DNA of 64,000 bases from contig JBGANT010000004.1 of assembly GCA_044222155.1 (NCBI GenBank), forward strand, positions 22,874 through 86,873, in the 5' to 3' direction. This document shows positions 51,725 through 61,546 of this stretch, piece after piece. Origin of the DNA: Methylophilus sp. Its GTDB lineage: Bacteria; Pseudomonadota; Gammaproteobacteria; Burkholderiales; Methylophilaceae. A model generated the notes under the pieces. The model had not been told where the DNA came from. It searched no databases and saw nothing but the letters and a program-made list of their open reading frames with translations. A program made the position numbers and the translations under genes. Numbering within the stretch: position 1 is the first letter of the stretch; each line of letters begins with the position of its first letter.

Positions 51725-51748
51725 CAAAGAGTGCCTAAGCACTCTTTG
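51725..51748 (-). terminator. Hairpin/terminator between tRNA-Val and tRNA-Asp
   Basis: CAAAGAGTGC-N4-GCACTCTTTG followed by GTTTTG on the - strand. Confidence 0.55.
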
Positions 51749-51771
51749 TTAAATCAAGGCAAATGTTTATT

Positions 51772-51847
51772 TGGTGGGTGCTAACGGGGTCGAACCGCTG
51801 ACATTCGCCTTGTAAGGGCGACGCTCTACCAACTGAGCTAAGCACCC
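51772..51847 (-). tRNA. tRNA-Val(TAC)
   Basis: 76-nt cloverleaf GGGTGCT...TCGCC-CT-TAC-AA-GGCGA...GGTTCGA...AGCACCCACCA. Confidence 0.97.
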
Positions 51848-51916
51848 TGCATTCATTTAATACTTAAAATAACTTGCAGTGCTTGTTGGTTAATCTCCGT
51901 TAACCAACAAAGTCCG

Positions 51917-52189
51917 CTAGTTTACAGCATCTTTAAGCGCTTTACCAGCCCTAAATTTAGGAGAATTTGCTGCGCTGATTTTAATTGTTGCGCCAGTACG
52001 AGGATTACGGCCACTACGTGCGCTACGTTTACCTACATAAAATGTACCAAAACCAATTAAAGTCACCATATCGCCTTTTTTCAAAGCCTTGGTGATCGCA
52101 GCTGTTGCCGCGTCGAGAGAACGGCCTGCGGCAGCTTTAGAAATACCAGCTGCTTTAGCAATTTGGTCAATCAATTCAGACTTGTTCAC
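51917..52189 (-). CDS. hupB: DNA-binding protein HU
   Basis: Motifs MNKSELI, GFGTF, GRNPRTG and [14 protein letters not shown]; downstream of lon. Confidence 0.95.
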   Translation of the reverse strand: MNKSELIDQIAKAAGISKAAAGRSLDAATAAITKALKKGDMVTLIGFGTFYVGKRSARSGRNPRTGATIKISAANSPKFRAGKALKDAVN

Positions 52190-52239
52190 GTGTAATCCCC
52201 TTTAGGTTAATAAAATGACAGGAATTTCCTGCGTTTGCT

Positions 52240-52269
52240 TTTATATCAAGTCGCCAAAGCCCGTGTCAA
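52240..52269 (-). promoter_or_regulatory. Sigma70-type promoter of hupB
   Basis: TTGACA-N18-TATAAA on the - strand. Confidence 0.6.
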
Positions 52270-52317
52270 GGCTTTAGTTGCAATTTCAATGAATATTTTC
52301 TTACTTTAACCCAATAA

Positions 52318-54789
52318 TCAGTGAGTAACTGAGGCGTTCGTCTCGGAACCCACTTCGGACTGTACTGTTGTTGCATCAGCCATGCCGTCTTCTATGGATG
52401 TAGGCATATGCTCCAAAGCCAACTCCAGCACTTGGTCTATCCACTTCACAGGGTGAATATTAAGATGGTTCTTGATATTCTCTGGGATCTCGGCCAAGTC
52501 TTTAACGTTAGACTCCGGAATTAGCACGGTTTTGATCCCACCTCGATGGGCTGCAAGCAGCTTTTCTTTGAGCCCACCAATAGCAAGCACCTCGCCACGC
52601 AAGGTAATCTCACCGGTCATTGCCACATCAGCACGCGCAGGAATGCCCGTCAACACGGAAATAATCGCCGTAGTTAATGCAATACCTGCACTTGGGCCAT
52701 CTTTAGGAGTGGCGCCTTCCGGTAAATGGATGTGAATATCTTTTTTCTCGTAGAAATCATCTGGTATACCCAAACGCCTGGAGCGGCTACGCACTACACT
52801 CATGGCCGCCTGTACAGACTCTTGCATCACATCACCCAGCTTGCCCGTGGTAATTGTTTTGCCTTTACCCGGTAATTGCACTGCCTCAATTGTCAGCAAT
52901 TCGCCTCCTACCGATGTCCATGCTAAACCAGTCACCTGACCGACTTGATTTTCTTTAGCTGCGACACCATAGTCATAACGATAAATCCCAAGATATTTCT
53001 CCAGATTCTTGGATGTCACATTAATCTTTCTAATCGCCCTGGCTGATTCACCCGTATCCTGAAGTTTTTTGCGAGACTTCATGATCAACAGTTCCTTAAC
53101 TACCTTGCGGCATATCTTAGCGATTTCTTGCTCTAGCCTACGGACACCGGCTTCACGCGTATACTTGCGGACAACGTCACGCAATGCGCTCTCGGCAACA
53201 TCTATCTCGGAGTTCTTCAGACCATGTGCCTTATACTGTTTAGGCAGCAGGTATTTTTTGGCAATATTGATTTTCTCGTCCTCGGTGTAACCGGCAAGGC
53301 GGATAATCTCCATACGATCCAGCAATGGCGCGGGGATGTTCATACTGTTGGCTGTTGCCACAAACATCACATCGGACAAATCATATTCCACTTCCACATA
53401 ATGATCGGCGAAAGTATGGTTTTGCTCGGGATCGAGCACCTCCAACAATGCAGAGGATGGGTCGCCACGCATGTCCTGACCCATTTTATCCACCTCATCC
53501 AACAGAAACAGCGGGTTCTTCACGCCAGCTTTGCTCATGCTTTGCAGAATCTTGCCCGGCATGGAGCCAATGTAAGTGCGGCGGTGACCACGAATCTCAG
53601 CCTCGTCGCGCACGCCGCCTAATGCCATACGCACGAATTTACGGTTAACCGCTTTGGCGATGCTTTGCCCCAGCGAAGTTTTACCAACACCCGGTGGGCC
53701 TACTAGGCACAGGATGGGCGCTTTCACCTTACCTACGCGCTGCTGTACGGCAAGATATTCGATAATACGCTCCTTGACCTTCTCCAGCCCATAGTGATCT
53801 GCCTCCAGCACAGCTTCTGCTGCCACCAGGTCTTTGCTGATTTTGGTTTTTTTCTTCCACGGCAGGCCCACAAGAGTATCAATATAGTTACGCACTACAG
53901 CAGCTTCGGCTGACATCGGCGACATCAGCTTGAGTTTCTTGAATTCCGAGTTCACTTTGGACAGAGCTTCTTTAGGCATTCCTGCGCCCTGGATACGTCT
54001 TTCCAACTCCTCCATCTCAGCGCTTTCATCCTGCTCGCCCAGCTCTTTCTGAATAGCTTTTACCTGCTCATTCAAATAGTATTCCCGCTGACTTTTTTCC
54101 ATCTGCCGTTTTACACGACCACGGATGCGTTTTTCCACCTGCAGAATGTCAATCTCGGACTCCATCAATTGCAGCAGATGCTCAAGCCTATCCACTGGAT
54201 CCAACTTTTCCAGCACAATCTGCTTTTCTTCTAGCTTCAATGTCAGATGCGCAGCAATAGTATCTGCCAAACGACTTGCTGTATGAATTGAAGATAGTGA
54301 TGGCAAAATCTCCGGAGGGATCTTTTTATTCAGCTTTACATACTGATCAAATTGCGCCAATACGGTGCGCATCAGCGCCTCGACCTCGCTATCTGCGTGC
54401 TCGACAGTTTCTATCTTTTCCGCATGCGCCATGAAACAATCTGCTGTTTCAATAAAATCTGAAACGCGCACACGCTGAATCCCCTCCACCAGCACTTTCA
54501 CAGTGCCATCTGGCAACTTAAGCATCTGCAAGACAGTCGCCAAGGTACCGATTTCATACAGATCTTCGACAGTAGGGTCATCTTTCGTCGCAGACTTTTG
54601 TGCTACCAATAGAATCTGCTTGTCAGCATCAGATGCTATCTCCAACGCTCGCACGGATTTTGTCCTGCCAACAAACAATGGAATTACCAGGTGCGGGTAC
54701 ACCACCACATCCCTTAGCGGCAACAAAGGCACCCTCCGCGGTTCAGCGGACGATAATGATTCAATATTGGACAATACTTCTTCTGACAT
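52318..54789 (-). CDS. lon: ATP-dependent Lon protease
   Basis: Motifs [24 protein letters not shown] and IGGLKEK. Confidence 0.98.
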   Translation of the reverse strand: MSEEVLSNIESLSSAEPRRVPLLPLRDVVVYPHLVIPLFVGRTKSVRALEIASDADKQILLVAQKSATKDDPTVEDLYEIGTLATVLQMLKLPDGTVKVLVEGIQRVRVSDFIETADCFMAHAEKIETVEHADSEVEALMRTVLAQFDQYVKLNKKIPPEILPSLSSIHTASRLADTIAAHLTLKLEEKQIVLEKLDPVDRLEHLLQLMESEIDILQVEKRIRGRVKRQMEKSQREYYLNEQVKAIQKELGEQDESAEMEELERRIQGAGMPKEALSKVNSEFKKLKLMSPMSAEAAVVRNYIDTLVGLPWKKKTKISKDLVAAEAVLEADHYGLEKVKERIIEYLAVQQRVGKVKAPILCLVGPPGVGKTSLGQSIAKAVNRKFVRMALGGVRDEAEIRGHRRTYIGSMPGKILQSMSKAGVKNPLFLLDEVDKMGQDMRGDPSSALLEVLDPEQNHTFADHYVEVEYDLSDVMFVATANSMNIPAPLLDRMEIIRLAGYTEDEKINIAKKYLLPKQYKAHGLKNSEIDVAESALRDVVRKYTREAGVRRLEQEIAKICRKVVKELLIMKSRKKLQDTGESARAIRKINVTSKNLEKYLGIYRYDYGVAAKENQVGQVTGLAWTSVGGELLTIEAVQLPGKGKTITTGKLGDVMQESVQAAMSVVRSRSRRLGIPDDFYEKKDIHIHLPEGATPKDGPSAGIALTTAIISVLTGIPARADVAMTGEITLRGEVLAIGGLKEKLLAAHRGGIKTVLIPESNVKDLAEIPENIKNHLNIHPVKWIDQVLELALEHMPTSIEDGMADATTVQSEVGSETNASVTH

Positions 54790-54830
54790 ACAATACTTTC
54801 AGGTTCCTGTAGATAGCTTGAACAACATCT

Positions 54831-54858
54831 AGATTGGGTCAAAAGAGCGTTATTCAAG
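54831..54858 (-). promoter_or_regulatory. Sigma32 (RpoH) promoter of lon
   Basis: CTTGAA-N14-CCCAATCT on the - strand, one mismatch from CTTGAA-N13/14-CCCCATnT. Confidence 0.65.
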
Positions 54859-54928
54859 CGCTATGCAGCATAAGACTACTATAAACCTCTCAGGTTTAAT
54901 TGCAATAGTTCAAACGAGTGCAAACTGA

Positions 54929-56215
54929 TTAGCCGACGTTTTCAGCTAGCTTGGGAGCGTCCTGATAAATAAGGATAGGTGGTGTTTCATCATTAACTAC
55001 CCCCTCATCAATCACAACTTTGGATAAATTCTCAATAGACGGAATATCATACATAATGTCTAGCAGCGCATGCTCCATGATGGAGCGAAGCCCGCGAGCG
55101 CCTGTCTTGCGCTCCAGCGCTTTTTTAGCAATCAGGAGCAAAGCAGTTTCTCTGAACTCCAGATCGACGCCTTCCATTTTAAATAACTTGATATATTGCT
55201 TGGTAAGTGCATTTTTTGGATCTGTCAGAATACTCATCAAAGCAACTTCATCCAGCGATTCCAGCGTTGCCACTACAGGCAAGCGGCCAATAAACTCCGG
55301 AATAAGGCCGAATTTGATCAAATCTTCCGGCTCTACATCGCGCAATACCTCACCTACGGCACGCATATCGTCCTTGCTTTTTACCTCTGCACCAAAACCA
55401 ATACCGCCTTTTTCGGAGCGTAGGCGAATGATTTTTTCCAGGCCGTCAAATGCGCCGCCACAAATGAAGAGAATGTTAGTGGTATCTAGCTGTACAAACT
55501 CCTGGTTTGGATGTTTACGTCCACCTTGCGGCGGCACAGAAGCCACTGTGCCTTCGATCAGTTTCAGCAAAGCTTGCTGTACGCCCTCGCCAGACACATC
55601 GCGTGTAATAGAAGGATTCTCTGACTTGCGTGAAATCTTATCCACTTCGTCGATATAGACAATGCCACGCTGTGCTTTTTCGACATCGTAATCGCATTTC
55701 TGCAACAGCTTTTGCATGATATTCTCGACATCTTCACCCACATAACCCGCTTCGGTCAGTGTGGTTGCATCTGCCATCACGAAAGGCACATCCAGCAAAC
55801 GTGCCAAGGTCTGCGCCAGCAAGGTCTTACCGGAGCCTGTTGGCCCAATCAGCAGGATGTTGCTTTTCTGGATTTCAATATCATCTTTAGTAGCATTTTG
55901 GCCCAAATGATTGTGACCCAACCGCTTGTAGTGATTATAAACAGCCACGGACAGACTTTTCTTGGCCTGCATTTGACCAATCACGTATTGGTCCAGTATT
56001 TTGCAGATTTCCTGTGGACTGGGGAGAGACTTGTCAGTAGGCTTAATATCGCTCTGGCTCTGGACTTCTTCTTTTATGATGTCATTACAGAGATCAACGC
56101 ACTCATCACAAATGAAGACCGAAGGCCCTGCAATGAGCTTTTTGACCTCATGCTGGCTTTTGCCGCAAAATGAGCAATACAGTAATTTTTCGCCTTCGCC
56201 TTTAGTGGTGGCCAT
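54929..56215 (-). CDS. clpX: Clp protease ATP-binding subunit
   Basis: CSFCGK...ICDEC Zn finger, [18 protein letters not shown] and IGF loop. Confidence 0.98.
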   Translation of the reverse strand: MATTKGEGEKLLYCSFCGKSQHEVKKLIAGPSVFICDECVDLCNDIIKEEVQSQSDIKPTDKSLPSPQEICKILDQYVIGQMQAKKSLSVAVYNHYKRLGHNHLGQNATKDDIEIQKSNILLIGPTGSGKTLLAQTLARLLDVPFVMADATTLTEAGYVGEDVENIMQKLLQKCDYDVEKAQRGIVYIDEVDKISRKSENPSITRDVSGEGVQQALLKLIEGTVASVPPQGGRKHPNQEFVQLDTTNILFICGGAFDGLEKIIRLRSEKGGIGFGAEVKSKDDMRAVGEVLRDVEPEDLIKFGLIPEFIGRLPVVATLESLDEVALMSILTDPKNALTKQYIKLFKMEGVDLEFRETALLLIAKKALERKTGARGLRSIMEHALLDIMYDIPSIENLSKVVIDEGVVNDETPPILIYQDAPKLAENVG

Positions 56216-56258
56216 GTACTCTTCCTTGCTAACGTACCCTACTCAACTAGCAGCTATC

Positions 56259-56912
56259 TTAAGCTGCATCGCTGCGCGATGCAATCATCTTGTCCACCAA
56301 CCCATAGGCAACCGCTTGATCGGCACTCATAAAGTTGTCACGGTCGGTATCATTGGCAATCGCGTCCACAGGTTGCCCGGTATGATGCGCCATGATGTTA
56401 TTCAATTTGTCTTTAAGATACAAAATCTCTTTGGCATGAATTTCAATGTCAGACGCCTGACCTTGGAACCCGCCCAACGGCTGATGAATCATCACACGAG
56501 AGTTCGGCAAACAGAAACGCTTGCCCTTGGCTCCGGCCGTCAGCAACAACGCGCCCATGCTGGCCGCCTGCCCGATACACAAAGTACTGACATCTGGCTT
56601 AATGAACTGCATGGTGTCGTAAATCGCCATACCAGCTGTGACAGAGCCGCCTGGGGAGTTGATGTACAGGAAAATGTCCTTGTCAGGATTTTCCGCCTCC
56701 AGAAACAACATCTGCGCCACAATCAGGTTGGCTGACATGTCATTTACCGGCCCTACCAGAAAAATCACGCGCTCACGCAGCAAGCGGGAGTAAATGTCGT
56801 ACGAACGCTCACCTCGGCCGCTCTGCTCAATTACGATAGGCACATAGCCAAGGCCTTGTGTTTCGTACGAGTGGGACATTTCGTGTGTCTTCGCCTGCAT
56901 TCTGGTCTGCAT
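56259..56912 (-). CDS. clpP: Clp protease proteolytic subunit
   Basis: Motifs [20 protein letters not shown] and MIHQP. Confidence 0.98.
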   Translation of the reverse strand: MQTRMQAKTHEMSHSYETQGLGYVPIVIEQSGRGERSYDIYSRLLRERVIFLVGPVNDMSANLIVAQMLFLEAENPDKDIFLYINSPGGSVTAGMAIYDTMQFIKPDVSTLCIGQAASMGALLLTAGAKGKRFCLPNSRVMIHQPLGGFQGQASDIEIHAKEILYLKDKLNNIMAHHTGQPVDAIANDTDRDNFMSADQAVAYGLVDKMIASRSDAA

Positions 56913-56923
56913 ATTACTCTTTC

Positions 56924-58228
56924 CTAAGCATTCGCCATCAAATCGTCAAATTTAATCTTTTTATTGCTTACCTTGGCTTTTTCCAGCACCCAGCTAACTA
57001 CGTTCTCTTCAGTAGCCAGCGCAGCAGGCTCATCCAGACGTTTAACATCCGCGTAATACCATTTAACCAGCTCTTCCGGCTGTTCAAAACTTTGCGCGAA
57101 TGTATCCACCATTGCACGTACCTGATCAGCATTGGCCTGCAGATTGTTTTTATTAACCACCTCACTAAGAACCAAACGCAGAGTTGTACTACGCTTCGCC
57201 TGCTCCTCAAACATTGATGGATCCAGTTTCAAGGAAGCCGGATCCACGCCACGCTGCTGCAGATTTTGGGCAGCAGCCTGCATCATGCGATTAATTTCTG
57301 CACTCACAAGCGCTTTAGGTAACTCTATATCGGCAATATCGACCAAACCTTGAAACACCTGCTCTTTGACACGCGCTTTAACACGCTTTTCCACTTCCTG
57401 ATCCAGGCTGCTCTTGATTTCCGCGCGCATCTTGCCTACGTCTCCATCCTCCACACCCAAGTTTCTGGCGAACTCGGCGTCTACTTCAGGCAACACAGGC
57501 TCAGAGACACTGTTGAAAGTCACCTCGTAAGCGACCGTTTTACCGGCCACTTGTGGTGAGTTGTGATCTTCCGGATAGGTAATTTCAAACTTTTTGGTCT
57601 GATCAGCTTTACCGCCAATGATTGCATCGTCGAATGCTGGCAAGCGGCCAGGCTCGCCCAGTACCATATCAAGACCCTTATTCCCCGTGCCTTCTACCTG
57701 CTGACCCTCTAGGCTAGCTGTCAGGGTCACATTTACTCGATCACCCTTTTTGGCACCACGCTTCACAGGAGTATAGCTCACACGCTGCTTCACCAGCACA
57801 TCCAGCGTTTTCTCAACGTCCGCATCCGCTACTTCCAATGTGGGCTTTTCCACTTTGATTTTACCCAAATCGCCCAGCTTGATTTCCGGAAACACCTCGA
57901 ATGTCGCCGTGTATTCAAACTCGGAAGCAGTCTCGGCAAAAGGCTTGTGTTGAATATCTGGGAACCCTGCAACACGCAACTTGTGCTCTTGCACGGCCTC
58001 ACCAAAACTAGTTTCCACCGCCTTCGAATATACTTCATCACGCACCTGATCACCGTAATGCTGATTAACCAGGCCGATAGGCGCTTTACCTGGACGAAAA
58101 CCTGCAAACTTAGCGGTACGGGAAATTTGCGTCAAACGTTGGCGAATCTGGTTTTCCAGCGGCGCCAAAGGCAATGTCACGGTCATGCGACGCTCGAGGT
58201 TGCTGATAGTTTCAACTGATGCTGCCAT
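56924..58228 (-). CDS. tig: Trigger factor
   Basis: GFRPGKAP ribosome-binding motif and FKBP-like middle domain; upstream of clpP. Confidence 0.96.
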   Translation of the reverse strand: MAASVETISNLERRMTVTLPLAPLENQIRQRLTQISRTAKFAGFRPGKAPIGLVNQHYGDQVRDEVYSKAVETSFGEAVQEHKLRVAGFPDIQHKPFAETASEFEYTATFEVFPEIKLGDLGKIKVEKPTLEVADADVEKTLDVLVKQRVSYTPVKRGAKKGDRVNVTLTASLEGQQVEGTGNKGLDMVLGEPGRLPAFDDAIIGGKADQTKKFEITYPEDHNSPQVAGKTVAYEVTFNSVSEPVLPEVDAEFARNLGVEDGDVGKMRAEIKSSLDQEVEKRVKARVKEQVFQGLVDIADIELPKALVSAEINRMMQAAAQNLQQRGVDPASLKLDPSMFEEQAKRSTTLRLVLSEVVNKNNLQANADQVRAMVDTFAQSFEQPEELVKWYYADVKRLDEPAALATEENVVSWVLEKAKVSNKKIKFDDLMANA

Positions 58229-58263
58229 ACTGCTGTCCTATTTAAGTTAATAATTAAAAAGTC

Positions 58264-58348
58264 TGGTGCGAAAGGAGAGACTCGAACTCTCACGCCTCGC
58301 GGCGCTGGAACCTAAATCCAGTGCGTCTACCAATTCCGCCACTTTCGC
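58264..58348 (-). tRNA. tRNA-Leu(TAG)
   Basis: 85 nt with a long variable arm: GCGAAAG...CTGGA-TT-TAG-GT-TCCAG...CTTTCGCACCA. Confidence 0.96.
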
Positions 58349-58546
58349 AAAACCCACATAACTAGATGTAAATTAATCTGGTATTGTAACCGAAAATCTC
58401 ATGACTATGAAAACATCTTGCTTGTGTAAAACACAATATGGACCTTATTCCAGCCAATACAGAAGTGCCCAATTGTGCGATTTGATTGACAGCACAAAGC
58501 AAGCCTAGCAAGATATTACCTATCCGTAACCAACTTAGACATTACA

Positions 58547-58795
58547 ATGCAAAACACTCATCAACAGGCCGAAGACAGTATGTTGCGTAGCGAATTGGAG
58601 CTGCTCATGAAAGAGCGCGAGAAATTACTGATTATCGCTGGCGCAGCGGCTGGACTCATTGCAGAACTCAACACCGAGGATCTGCCTATCCGCACTGTAG
58701 AAGCTGCAGATTTGCTGGCCACCAATATCAACAAACTACCGGAAGAAACGCTGCAAGACGCGCTGAGTGCGGTTCACGCCAGCATTGACGAATAA
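58547..58795 (+). CDS. Small acidic helical hypothetical protein
   Basis: 82-aa ORF with plausible helical composition, ending 20 nt before the TolC-family ORF. Confidence 0.65.
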   Translation: MQNTHQQAEDSMLRSELELLMKEREKLLIIAGAAAGLIAELNTEDLPIRTVEAADLLATNINKLPEETLQDALSAVHASIDE

Positions 58796-58815
58796 ATGAC
58801 CGGGATAAACAGCCG

Positions 58816-60249
58816 ATGGCCTGCCCGCTTGTGCTGCCAATAAAACGACACTCCATGCTGCTCATGGCCATGATGCTCGGCCTAAGTGGCTGCGCTTATT
58901 TGCCTTATGTCGCCAAGCCGATAGAGCCGCAGCAAGTCACACAAAAGATTCTTGAAAAAGACCCTTTGAGTGCCGAATTCAAAGCATTCTGCATTACACA
59001 AGGATACCCTCAGGACAAGCTACCCTTTTCCAGTTGGGGCATCATAGAGCTGACGCTCAGTGCACAATACCACCATGCCAGCCTGGATACCGCCAAAGCC
59101 CAACTGGGGACAGCCAAGGCGGCTATTGAGAGTGCCGGCATCAAAACCTACCCCACGCTGGGCGGACAGGTAGCGCGTAGCAATCGCGCCAATGGCGATA
59201 TCCGGCCTTTTGCCTACGGTTTAAATGTTGAAATTCCGATTGAAACAACCAATAAGCGCGCACTCCGTATCGAAGAGGCGCAACACTTGGCTGAGGCAGC
59301 GCGATTAGACGTCGCGGAAATTGCATGGGGACTACGCAACCAACTTAAACACGATTGGTTGAATTATCACGAGCAACAAGCACAAAGCACCTTCTTGCGA
59401 CAAATATCCCAGATCCATGACAAGCAGGTCGAACTTGTTTCGAAACGTGTCAGCCTAGGTCTGGCATCCAACACAGACCTTGCACTGACAAAGACACAAA
59501 GAGCCAAAATCCAATCACAACTCGCCCAGGTAACATATAAGAAAGATGCGCTGGTCGCCGCAATGGCGGCAGATGCCGGCCTGAGTAAAGAAAAATTTGA
59601 GCAAATTCCTGTGGCTGCTTTAAACATGGATGAAGCTGTACGCGAAGCCCATGACTACTTCAGCAATCCGGTCCGCGCCCCGGAAATTCAAAGCGAAGCA
59701 TTACTCAACCGCATTGACATCCGTCGTAGTTTGGCCAAATATGCCGCAGCAGAAAGCAAAATCCGGCTGGAAGTCGCCAGACAGACACCCGACATCTCCC
59801 TTTCGCCTGGTTTTATATTTGAATTCGGCGACAAAGTATGGTCCTTGGGATTTACCAGCCTGCTGAACATGCTGCAGAAAAATTCTGCGCCTATCCATGA
59901 GGCCGAACAATTGCGCGCTGTCGAAGGGGCTCAGTTCGAGGCTTTGCAAGCACAGATTATTGCCGAGGTTGCATTGACCAAAGCTCAGATAGATGCATCA
60001 ATACAACAATTGCAGCATGCGAATCTACAAAAAAGCCAGCAGCTAACTACCTTGCAAAAACTGCAACAGCAACTGGATGCTGGACTGATAGACAGGCTGG
60101 AGCTAACGCAGGCCCAGATACTGTATAACAGTTACACTGAGGAATTATTGAATGCCCAATTTTGGTTGCTGCGGAACGCAACACGCTTTGAAAATGTGAT
60201 GCAACGCACTATAGACGTGAAAACTCCCATGGAAACGATAAGCCCATGA
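58816..60249 (+). CDS. TolC/CzcC family outer-membrane efflux lipoprotein
   Basis: Lipobox LSGC and OEP-like repeats (ALLNRIDIR, PDISLSPG); first gene of the RND operon. Confidence 0.88.
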   Translation: MACPLVLPIKRHSMLLMAMMLGLSGCAYLPYVAKPIEPQQVTQKILEKDPLSAEFKAFCITQGYPQDKLPFSSWGIIELTLSAQYHHASLDTAKAQLGTAKAAIESAGIKTYPTLGGQVARSNRANGDIRPFAYGLNVEIPIETTNKRALRIEEAQHLAEAARLDVAEIAWGLRNQLKHDWLNYHEQQAQSTFLRQISQIHDKQVELVSKRVSLGLASNTDLALTKTQRAKIQSQLAQVTYKKDALVAAMAADAGLSKEKFEQIPVAALNMDEAVREAHDYFSNPVRAPEIQSEALLNRIDIRRSLAKYAAAESKIRLEVARQTPDISLSPGFIFEFGDKVWSLGFTSLLNMLQKNSAPIHEAEQLRAVEGAQFEALQAQIIAEVALTKAQIDASIQQLQHANLQKSQQLTTLQKLQQQLDAGLIDRLELTQAQILYNSYTEELLNAQFWLLRNATRFENVMQRTIDVKTPMETISP

Positions 60250-61310
60250 ACAAAAAAACAACGATGATTATTGGCCTCCAAGCCATTCTGATTGTCACCC
60301 TCTTCTGGATGCTGGTATTTTACGGCAAGGATGAGTTTGATATTGCGTTGCAAACAGAGAAGGAAGAGGAAATCGAGAGCCTGAACCGTGTCACGGAAAA
60401 ACAAGGCATCAGCATCGTGACTATCTCACCAGCGGTGCAAACCAACAGTGGCATCAAGACGACAAGGGTCCATGCGGCAACCTACAGCGGTGAAATCAAA
60501 AGCTTTGGTAATGTCGTAGCAATTGATAGCTTGATTGATGCCAAAACGCAATACACAAACCTGCGCACCGAAAGCACCGTCATACAAAGTACCAGCGAAA
60601 ATAACATAAAACAGTATCAGCGACTCAAAGCATTGAATGCAGATGACAAGAATGTATCAGATAAGGCTGTTCAAGAAGCGCTTGCTTTGGTAAACGCTGA
60701 CAATGCGAAAATCCAGGCCTATGATCAGCAGGTAAAAAATCTCCTTGCCAGCATGAAACTAAAATGGGGTGAGGCGCTTGCCAGCCTGATTAACGGTGAC
60801 AATCTTCCGGTGCATTTGCAAAGTTTATTGAATCGACGCAACGTGCTTGTGCAAGTGAGTTTGCCCATTAACACCCCGAGCCCGGAACCGGGCTCCACAG
60901 TCCGAATATCCCCTATCAATGAAAATGTCCAGCCGATCACTGCTATTTACATCTCCCCTGCCAGCCAGGGCGACGCCAGCGGCTTGGGGAAAACCTATTA
61001 TTTCAGCGCCCCAGCGGATTTGCTGCGCATTGGTATGCGCGTGAATGTAGAAGCTGCTTCCAAAGCCCCTTCCAGCAATGGCATTGTCGTACCAAACAAT
61101 GCTGTTGTATGGTATGCCGGGACACCATGGATATACTTAAAACAAGGAAGCGACCACTTTGTGCGCAAACCGATTTCCACTGATACGGAAGTTGATGCCG
61201 GTTGGTTCAATCAAAACATCAAAGCTGAAAGCGAAGTTGTGATTATGGGTGCGCAGTTGCTGCTTTCCGAAGAGTTTAAATACCAAATCAAGAATGAGAA
61301 TGAAGACTAA
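60246..61310 (+). CDS. RND efflux periplasmic adaptor (CzcB-like)
   Basis: N-terminal TM helix, helical hairpin, LRIGMRV, VVPNNAVVW and VVIMGAQLLLSEE. ATGA overlap with the upstream gene. Confidence 0.88.
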   Translation: MNKKTTMIIGLQAILIVTLFWMLVFYGKDEFDIALQTEKEEEIESLNRVTEKQGISIVTISPAVQTNSGIKTTRVHAATYSGEIKSFGNVVAIDSLIDAKTQYTNLRTESTVIQSTSENNIKQYQRLKALNADDKNVSDKAVQEALALVNADNAKIQAYDQQVKNLLASMKLKWGEALASLINGDNLPVHLQSLLNRRNVLVQVSLPINTPSPEPGSTVRISPINENVQPITAIYISPASQGDASGLGKTYYFSAPADLLRIGMRVNVEAASKAPSSNGIVVPNNAVVWYAGTPWIYLKQGSDHFVRKPISTDTEVDAGWFNQNIKAESEVVIMGAQLLLSEEFKYQIKNENED

Positions 61311-61333
61311 GAACTTGTTTTTAGTCTTCATTC
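61298..61333. repeat. 13-bp perfect inverted repeat spanning the adaptor stop codon
   Basis: GAATGAAGACTAA-N10-TTAGTCTTCATTC. Confidence 0.75.
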
Positions 61334-61428
61334 CGGCGAAGGCTATCCTTCAAATGAAGCGAAGTGGTCGGGCCACAATGAAAATCAAGCCAGCATGACA
61401 AATTTAACTTTTTCCCCTCGTGCGCACG

Positions 61429-61499
61429 TTCATTATCAAAACCATTGCCCTGAAAGGCGCATGGATACTAGCTTGCAGGCCGACGGTTTTGATAATGAA
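61429..61499. repeat. Palindromic dispersed element, copy D (most complete)
   Basis: Perfect 15-bp terminal IR TTCATTATCAAAACC/GGTTTTGATAATGAA around the core CTGAAAGGC-GCATGGATACT-AGCTTGCAG (61450-61478). Confidence 0.8.
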
Positions 61500-61546
61500 A
61501 TTTTAACGCACAATTACAAGCGCCTCCCCGCCTGGGCACAACAGCC

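Noticed and set aside
51883-51910. 11-bp inverted repeat between hupB and tRNA-Val
   Set aside because: It is most simply an ordinary mRNA 3' or processing hairpin, with nothing further to support it.
58264-58546. tRNA-Leu as an integration site
   Set aside because: Its 3' end leads directly into tig and no duplicated 3' fragment was seen.
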